Below, in pieces: positions 10,492-18,300 of a stretch of DNA of 20,000 bases (within the stretch, counting starts at the first letter, position 1; every line of letters begins with the position of its first letter). The stretch lies in the IMG/VR virus record IMGVR_UViG_3300022661_000087. The stretch is one strand, 5' to 3'. Source of the stretch: an uncultured virus (IMG/VR IMGVR_UViG_3300022661_000087). Its lineage: Duplodnaviria > Heunggongvirae > Uroviricota > Caudoviricetes. The translations under genes were made by a program, and so were the position numbers. Below the pieces are notes generated by a model. It worked only from the letters and a program-made list of their open reading frames with translations. It had not been told where the DNA came from and did no database searches.

Positions 10492-11973
10492 TTGGCAAAT
10501 TATGTAAAATTTATGCGTGGTACTCCAAAAGCCTATGAAATGCTTTTAGCCAGTCCAGAGAAACCAAATGTTGATACTCTGTATTTTATTTCCGAAGCAG
10601 ATTCAACTAATGCGGTTTTATATTTGGGTGAAAAGCTAATTGCGGGCGGAGGGGGAGCCGCAGGTAAAATTAGTTTAAGTGAATTAACTGATATTGCTTT
10701 AAGTACAGATTTAGCTGATAAGTCTATTTTAGTATATGATACTGCTTCTGGTAAATGGGTTGATTCTACATTAGAACAAGCTATTTCTGTTTTTATCGGT
10801 GCTAGTAAAGATGCCGCAGGTACAGCTGGACTTGTTCCTGCTCCTGGATATGGAGAAACCAATAAGTTTTTACGTAGTGACGGCACTTGGGTATCTATTG
10901 ACAGTTCAGAAGCAACTATTATCACTATTGAAAATGAAGATAGTGAAGTCATGCATCAAGAGTTAATTGACCAAACCACACAAGGATGGTTGCCATGTGC
11001 TGGTGATATTATCATTATTAAAGATATTATTATCAATGATAAATGGCAATATACTTCTTATGTATATAATGGTTCTACATGGGCAGCCATGGATGGAAAC
11101 TATAATGCTGAAAATGTGTATTTTGATTCTGATTTCACATTTACAACTCCAGTTGGTACAGTCACTATTCCTTCTACTGGTAGTAAAGTAGTGGATGCCG
11201 CAGGAATGAATATTAAGGATTTCTTAGCAAGTATTTTTGCAGAAGAACAAAATCCTACTACGACAAAACCCTCTATTGCTTTCACTAAACCTTCTAGTGA
11301 TGCTTCTTATGAAGTTGGAACTAAAGTAACTCCAGAATATGCATTAAGTTTCAATAGCGGCTCTTATACTTATAATACAAGCACTGGTGTTACTGCTACT
11401 GGATGGAATGTTAGTGATGGAACAACCACTCGTACTACTCAAAGTGGTACAATGGAAGAAATTCAAGTTATTGATAATATGAATTATAAAATGACTGCAA
11501 CAGCTACTTATTCAGATGGTATTATTCCTTCTACCAATTTAGGCAAGGAATATGCTGATGGACAAATTAAAGCTGGAACCACCAGTTCTAAAACTTCTAA
11601 ATCCATTACTGGATATAGACAATGTTTCGCTGGTGGAGATTCTACTGGAAGTGAATTAACTTCTGCTTTTATCCGAGACAATTTAGCTGGAAAAGGCAAC
11701 GGCGCTTCTAATAGAACTATTACTTGGGCCGCAAGTGATTTAGCTGGTATGAAGCGTTATATTATTGCGCTTCCTGTGAGCGGTGGTAAGAGCGTTACAT
11801 CTGCAATTATTACTTCAAGTATGAATGCAGATGCTACTGCAGATTATGTAAAACAAACCGCAACTGTTGAGGTTGAAGGTGCAAATGGATATACTGCAGT
11901 CGATTATAATATTTGGATTTATGCACCTGCTTCTATTGCAAGTACAGAAGTGCATAGTGTTACAATTGGATAA
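10492..11973 (+). CDS. putative tail/head fibre or decoration protein (493 aa)
   Basis: AAAGGAG at 10477-10483, TTG start, TAA stop, no TAG. Fibre-type motifs (KFMRGT...TLYFI, LSELTDI...SILVYD..SGKW, AGLVPAP...KFLRSDGTW) and a Thr/Ser-rich Ig-like C-terminal half. Confidence 0.8.
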   Translation: MANYVKFMRGTPKAYEMLLASPEKPNVDTLYFISEADSTNAVLYLGEKLIAGGGGAAGKISLSELTDIALSTDLADKSILVYDTASGKWVDSTLEQAISVFIGASKDAAGTAGLVPAPGYGETNKFLRSDGTWVSIDSSEATIITIENEDSEVMHQELIDQTTQGWLPCAGDIIIIKDIIINDKWQYTSYVYNGSTWAAMDGNYNAENVYFDSDFTFTTPVGTVTIPSTGSKVVDAAGMNIKDFLASIFAEEQNPTTTKPSIAFTKPSSDASYEVGTKVTPEYALSFNSGSYTYNTSTGVTATGWNVSDGTTTRTTQSGTMEEIQVIDNMNYKMTATATYSDGIIPSTNLGKEYADGQIKAGTTSSKTSKSITGYRQCFAGGDSTGSELTSAFIRDNLAGKGNGASNRTITWAASDLAGMKRYIIALPVSGGKSVTSAIITSSMNADATADYVKQTATVEVEGANGYTAVDYNIWIYAPASIASTEVHSVTIG

Positions 11974-11987
11974 GGAGGACCTGAGAT

Positions 11988-13505
11988 ATGGCTGTAATTA
12001 AAAAAGACGGCAACTTCATGGGCCTTCCTATGAATGTTGCGAGAGGTAATCCAATTCCTCTTGATAAAAGTGAAATTTGGTACTCTTATGATGCAATGGA
12101 ATTATATGCGCAAACCGACCCTGTCGCATATGTAGGTCAGATTCTAGGTTTAGTAGACGAGGCCGCAGGCACCGCTACTGCGTATATCATTCTAAATACC
12201 GCAGGTGAACTCCAAGAGATTGGAGCATCTGTTGATATTCCATCTTTAAAAGGAGATAATTCTTCTATTGTTATTAGCAATGAAATTATTGCCTTAAAGA
12301 ACTGGGGTGTGCAATATTATAAATATGTTGCCGCAACTGAAACTACTGAAGCTGAATATGTCCTTCAAGTCGTTGACGATGAGAATCCTTGGATTAGTGG
12401 TTTAGAGCCAAAAGTCGCCAGCGAAAATGGACAAATGGTATTAGCTTGGTATCAACCAAACCCAACTACCATTGAAGGTTTAGGCAGTTAGTTATCTTCT
12501 TTACAAACTTCTGTAAGCGATTTACAAAAGAATACTTATACTAAAACTGAAGTTGATGAGAAGATTGCGGATGCTGGTCATTTAAAGCGAATTATCGTTA
12601 ATTCTGTGGATGATATTAATGTTAATGCCGCAGATGCTGACCAATATATTTATATGGTATTAACTTCTCCTGAGGATGAAGCTGACAAGTATGATGAATA
12701 CATGGTTATTATCTATGAGGATGAAACTGGTACAGAAGTTCGTTATGCTGAAAAAGTTGGTTCTTGGGAAGTTGATTTAAGTAATTATGTTACTAAAAAT
12801 GCGCTACAAACCGAACTTAATAAGAAAGTTGATGCTGAAGAAGGCTATTCTTTAATTTCTGATGAAGAGAAAGCTAAATTAGAAGGCATTTAGGAAGGCG
12901 CGCAAAAGAATTATATTACATCTGTTGATTCTACAAATTTTGCAGTTGAAGCTGGTAAGCTTTTATTGCAAGGAATTACTGTTGCACAAGTTCAAAATTT
13001 ACAATCACTTTTGGACGCGAAGGTAAATAAAGAAGAGGGTAAAGGATTATCTTCTAATGATTTCACAGATGAACATATTCAAATTATTCAAGGTAATACT
13101 GCTAATATTCAAACTCAAGGTAATAAAATTATTACCATTGAAAATGTATTGAATGATACAGAGATTGATGGTATTGTTACTCCTGGTTTGATTACTAAAG
13201 TAAATAATTTAAGTGTTGCTGTTCAAACTAACACTGATAATATTTCAACTAATGCAGGAAAAATTTTAACCTTAGAAGGTACGGTAGCAACGTAGGGTAA
13301 TGCTATTACTTTATTGCAAAAAGATGTTAGTGATTTAAAAACTAAGGTAAATGCAATTGATTTAACTAAATATGTTACTACTGAAATTTTCCAAGCTACA
13401 GTTGGTAACCTTGAAGAATTACAACAAAATCAAAAGACACTTCACACTCAGGTAAAAGAAATTCAAGAAGCTATTACTTGGGGTGAAATTAAAATTAATG
13501 CTTAA
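11988..13505 (+). CDS. fibre-like protein with coiled-coil C-terminus (505 aa, code 15)
   Basis: AAGGAGG at 11972-11978. Track ORFs 11988, 12606, 12966 and 13314 are one frame joined through TAGs at 12489, 12891 and 13293, ending at TAA 13503-13505. Phage-fibre motifs YTKTEVD, EKAKLEGI*EGAQKN and KVNKEEGKGLSSNDFT run straight across the TAGs. Confidence 0.8.
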
Positions 13506-13522
13506 GAAAGGGGAAAACTATA

Positions 13523-15244
13523 ATGGCAGATACTAATGTTATCACTATTGCTGATAATTCTCAGATTAAGTTTTTACATGGTTTACAAACCGCATTAGAT
13601 GCTAAGAGAACCGCCCGTTCTGGCGAAAGCGGCACTTTCTACTTAACCAATGATACTCATAGATTATATGTTGGTTTAAGTGATGGTAGCATCGAAGCTG
13701 TTAATGAAGGTATTACTACTTACGCTACCGTGGAGGTCTTACCAACTGCAACTGCTTTAAATGCTGGTCAATTCGTTTATATTACAGCTGATTCTATTTT
13801 AGCTGTTTCCAATGGTCAAAATTGGGTTCAAATTAATGCCAATACAGATACCAATTATACTTATGGCGGTCTAGTCACAGGAGAGCAGACAGGAACTGTT
13901 ACTGTAACAACTACTTTAACAGAAATTGGTGAAGGTAATAGAAAACCTTCTTTCGCTTTCTCTTTAACTGGTAAAAATGGTATTACTATTGTTGAAGGTA
14001 CAACAGATGGTACTATTGAAGTATATGGTACTAAATTAGCCAGCGAAAATATGGCTCAAGATAATGCTGCAAAGATTAAGTTAGTTAATGAAGCTGGCGT
14101 ACAGCAAAGTGCAGTTGTTATTCAGGGTGGTACCAATGTTACTGTTAGCGAAGATAATGGCGTAATTGGAATCACTGCTGCTGACACTAAATTAGATGGT
14201 AACACTCATACAGCAACCGCTCATGCTTGGGACCCCAAAGATGAGACCAATAAGCCTGGTGGATTTACTGTAACAGTTAAAGATACTGCTAATAGAAGTT
14301 CTAGTAGCACATTTAATCCTGCAATTAAATATGGTGGTAGTGGCACTTCTACTGCTAAGTTCAGCAATGGTACTGCGACTTTAGATGTATATACTAAAGC
14401 AGAAGTTGATGCTTTAAGAGCAGACTTTGACGCAATGGAATATCAGGGTGTTGTTAATAGCATTCCTACTGGTTCCATTAAGAAAGGTTATACTTATAAA
14501 GTTGGTCAAGCTTTTGATGTAACAGTTAAAACCGATACTGGTACTGAAGAGATTACAGTACAGCCTGGTGACTTATTGATTGCAGAAGGCACTGAAGGTA
14601 CCAATGGATTCTTAACTACTGTACAATGGGGTTATGTTCCTTCTGGTAATGAAGATACCACTTACTCTGTTGGTTTATTGACTCCAGCAAATGGTGGTGG
14701 TATTCAATTATTAGAAAAGAAAACTGGCACTACTACTGGTACTAATGCTGGCTCTATTTCTGTATTAAGTGGAAATTGTATTACTGTAAGTCCAAGTTCA
14801 GACACTGCTTCTAAGGCAATGTCACTGACTATTAATCATAATGCGGTAAGTACTACTGACCCAGCTAGAGATACCACTGGTACTTTAAATAATCCTACTC
14901 TTGGCACCGATTATGTTGCTAAGTCAGAAGATATTGTTATTATTGATGCCTCTAAGGGCGAAAATGGTATTGATAGAGACAATTATGGTCATGTACAGAA
15001 AGTATATACCAAGACCGTTAAAGTCTATGATACTAATGCTCGTTTAACTGGAATGACTTCCAGTGTATCTAGTGACACTGCTAAGACTAAGGCTACTGTT
15101 TCTATTAAGGGTCAAGTAACTGGCTCTAAGAATCAAAAGAGTGAGCAAACTGCTACTTTCTATGTTGAGTCTACTCATAGTAACTTGCAGGTAAGTAGCT
15201 CTGGCTCTAGCGTTCAGATGTCTCTGGTTTGGGGCACTTTCTAA
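13523..15244 (+). CDS. putative tail fibre protein (573 aa, Thr/Gly/Ser-rich)
   Basis: AAGGGG RBS at ~13509-13514, ATG to TAA, no TAG. N-terminal module KFLHG...GTFYLTNDTHRLYVG, plus YTKAEVD, VQPGDLLIA...W.YVPSG and RDNYGHV motifs typical of fibres. Confidence 0.8.
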   Translation: MADTNVITIADNSQIKFLHGLQTALDAKRTARSGESGTFYLTNDTHRLYVGLSDGSIEAVNEGITTYATVEVLPTATALNAGQFVYITADSILAVSNGQNWVQINANTDTNYTYGGLVTGEQTGTVTVTTTLTEIGEGNRKPSFAFSLTGKNGITIVEGTTDGTIEVYGTKLASENMAQDNAAKIKLVNEAGVQQSAVVIQGGTNVTVSEDNGVIGITAADTKLDGNTHTATAHAWDPKDETNKPGGFTVTVKDTANRSSSSTFNPAIKYGGSGTSTAKFSNGTATLDVYTKAEVDALRADFDAMEYQGVVNSIPTGSIKKGYTYKVGQAFDVTVKTDTGTEEITVQPGDLLIAEGTEGTNGFLTTVQWGYVPSGNEDTTYSVGLLTPANGGGIQLLEKKTGTTTGTNAGSISVLSGNCITVSPSSDTASKAMSLTINHNAVSTTDPARDTTGTLNNPTLGTDYVAKSEDIVIIDASKGENGIDRDNYGHVQKVYTKTVKVYDTNARLTGMTSSVSSDTAKTKATVSIKGQVTGSKNQKSEQTATFYVESTHSNLQVSSSGSSVQMSLVWGTF

Positions 15245-15306
15245 TTTGAGGACAAAAGGTATTAAGAAGATTATTTCGATTTTTAATTAAAAATAGAGGA
15301 TAATCT

Positions 15307-15347
15307 AATAGGTGGGAAGAAGATTATTCTTCTCACCTATTTTTTTG
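15307..15347 (+). terminator. Rho-independent terminator
   Basis: 15-bp stem AATAGGTGGGAAGAA (15307-15321), loop GATTA, TTCTTCTCACCTATT (15327-15341) with one G-U pair, running into a T tract (TTTTTTTGTTT). Confidence 0.85.
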
Positions 15348-15377
15348 TTTATAAAGGAAAGAAAGGAGTTTAAATAA

Positions 15378-18300
15378 ATGAGTGAAAATTATGGCGTAAA
15401 ATTTATTCCCGTCCGTGGTTATGACAGTAAGATTCAGCGTGCTGAAGTAAAAGATGGATGGATTTATTTTGCTACTGACTCAGGTAAGATTTATGTCGAT
15501 AGCCAGGGCCAAAGAACTATTATGGGTTCTGCGGGCGCCGCAATTTACTATGGTGAAGTTGAGAAACCAGAAGTAAATGAAGATACGGGCTATGCAACAC
15601 TTCCTAAGAGCGCTGTTAAAGGCGACCCTAAGAAAGGCGACCTAATCTTAAATTCCGATGGCGGTTTCTATAAAGTTGAATTAATTGGTGAAGAAAACTA
15701 TACTTGTGAATTGCTTTCTATTAGCGGCACAGGCGGTGGTCCCGGTGTTTCTACTACTACTCGTCCATCAATCACTTTAACTCTTGACAATACTAACTTC
15801 ATTAATGGTCAAGAGGCTTATTTCCATATCCATGCAGAGTCTGCTTTAGAGGCAGATGGTGTGACTCCTGTAGATACTACATTGAATGTTGTATATTCTT
15901 TGGGTACTCGTATTTCCGACGAGGTTATTGATAACTATACTACTCAAACTCGTACTTATAAGACTGGTGAATCTGACTATGAGGGCGTTCCCGGTATTAT
16001 TGATGACTATATTGAAATTGGTTCTCTATTAAGAGAGTCCTCTTCTAGTGTGTTGTCTGTTTATGTTCAAGGTGCAAATCATGACGAAAAGAGCCGTACT
16101 AGAACTGTTGACTTATCAACTTCTGCATTAAAGTTATCTCAAGTTTCCGGTTATAACCCAGCTACTAGATATCCTACTTCTGGATTCCAAATTAAGTGCG
16201 GAGTTGTTGGTTCTTTATCTAAGGTCTTAGATTTCTACTATGATGATATGAATACTCCTGCTGAAACTCGTGTTATCGAGGCTAACGTAGCTAATAGTAC
16301 TCAGACATTTACAGTAGGTACAGACAAAGCAACTCACGGATATCACACTGTTCGTATTGAGCTGTGGCAGAACACTGGTACTTCCAGTAATCCTAAGAGA
16401 GGCTTAGGAGTTGCTCCACTACAGTACGAAATCGCAGTTATTGAAACAAGTAACGCAAATGCTAAACCAGTAATTTGGTTGGGTGATTATAAGGCTGAAT
16501 ATTATAATTACGATACTATTCAAATCCCATTCTTAGTATGGGACCCCGCAAATACCAACTCTACTAAAGTGCATTTGTATAAAAATAATATTGAATTAGA
16601 AAGCTCTCCTCGTGAAGTTAAGGATTTCTCTAAATTTGATTATTGGGAAATCGCTGATGCAGAAATGAATGCTTTAAATAGCTATCAAATTTCTTGCGGC
16701 GAGACTGATGAAAAATTTGTAAAGAGAGAAATTGAGTTTAAGGTTGTTAAAGACCCTAATCGTGATATGACTGTTGAGCAAGCAGGATTGTTATTAGACT
16801 TCTCTGCTACTGGACGTTCTAATTCTGAGTCCGCAGCTAAGAGACAGTTGTGGAGCTACACTTTGAATGGTGAAAAGAAAAACGCCATTTTCGAAAACTT
16901 TAACTGGTATAATAACGGTTGGATGATGGATTCAAGCATTAACCAGTCTTGTTTAAGAATTAGTAATGGTGCTAGATTAACTATTCCATTCCAGCAGATG
17001 GTATTTGCTGCCGGTGTTAGTGGACAAGAGTCTCACACTGTTGAAATGCAATTCCGCATTCGCAATGTTCAAAAATATGATAATTTAATTACCAATATTA
17101 CTCGTTATCAAGGTGACGGTGTTTGGTATGAAGCTTTTAAAGCTCAAAAAGATACTGGCTATTCTAACTATGATGCTTACTTACAAGCAACTTTAGACCC
17201 AGACACTTATGATAATTTAAAATTCCAAACTGTTGAAAAGAATATTAACATTACTAATGTTGCCGCAGGTCTATATGATTATGATGCAACCAATGTTAAA
17301 GCTACTGGTTTCTGCGTAGGCACTCAGGACGCTTTCTTCTCAAACGGTGAAAATACTGTTAACGTAAACTTCGTTGAAGATGAGTTAATTAATTTAAGTT
17401 TTGTATATCAAGATAGCTTAAAATATTTATATATCTATATCAATGGTGTTATTACTGGTGTTATTAAGTCTACTGACCCTGACGCCTTTACAATTAATAG
17501 TGGAAACTTTGTTTTTGATTCTAGTAATTGTGACATTGATTTATATAAATTGAGAATTTATAATTCTGATTTAAATGTTAATCAGATTGTACAAAATTTC
17601 TCTGTTGACCGCAAGAACGTAAAAATCTTTGACCAAAGTAATGCTTATGCATTGGCTGAGGAGAATAATAACTTGAAAGAGTTCCAGTTCTCTTATGAAG
17701 CTATGCTAAGATATAATGAAGCTCATCCTAATGAACCTTTGATGCCTTATATCATTTACGATACTGGTAATGCTACTTTACCATATAGTAAAGACGATAC
17801 TAAATACATTAGTGTTGAATTTGTTAATACCAATTTGGAAAGAGCATATGCTAATGGTGAATTAGAGACTTTGGCTCGTGCCGATGGCTTAATCGCAGAA
17901 GGCGAAACTGATAGTGATAAAATTAAAGAAGGCGTTCGCTTGTACTACAAGCATCATTGCCCATCTTGGATTTCCACTATGACTTCTGGAGATAAGGTTG
18001 AATTTGCTGTTCAGGGTACTTCTTCTGAGTTCTATCCTCGTCGTAATTACAAGATTAAGACTAAGGTAGAAGGAGAATTTAACTGGAAACCAATCGCAGA
18101 CTTTACCGATAAGGAGAAGGCTGAATTAAAACCAGAAGAGCTTGAAAAATTAAATGCTGAGAGCGGTTTATATATGGAAGAAGATTCTTTAAATATCTTC
18201 TTAAACCGTGGACCTTATGCTGAAGTTTTCGTTTCTGATAAAGCTAAGTTAGCACAAGATAGTAAATATCTTGGACATGAAGAGTGTCGTTGTGCTGATG

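Noticed and set aside
863..11699. Minus-strand and alternate-frame track ORFs (863..1066, 4498..4704, 5009..5212, 6501..6791, 7159..7368, 7268..7465, 8454..8651, 9506..9724, 10146..10331, 10533..10952, 10967..11191, 11100..11285, 11508..11699)
   Set aside because: They are short, lie entirely within longer + strand genes once TAG is read as Gln, and have no recognisable motifs. They are shadow ORFs.
806..13314. Internal starts given by the track (806, 2069, 3662, 4469, 5111, 7884, 8583, 9929, 12606, 12966, 13314)
   Set aside because: These are simply the first ATG/GTG/TTG after an in-frame TAG and lack the strong SD seen at true gene starts.
2..13505. Pseudogenes, a decaying prophage or sequencing errors as the cause of ORF fragmentation
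   Set aside because: All 28 interruptions are TAG, with no frameshifts and no internal TAA or TGA. Random decay or C-to-T damage would also convert the very common CAA codons to TAA.
2..13505. Pyrrolysine insertion or context-dependent programmed readthrough at TAG
   Set aside because: There are up to nine TAGs per gene, all four bases occur at the +1 position, no shared downstream element is evident, and internal alignments place Gln opposite TAG.
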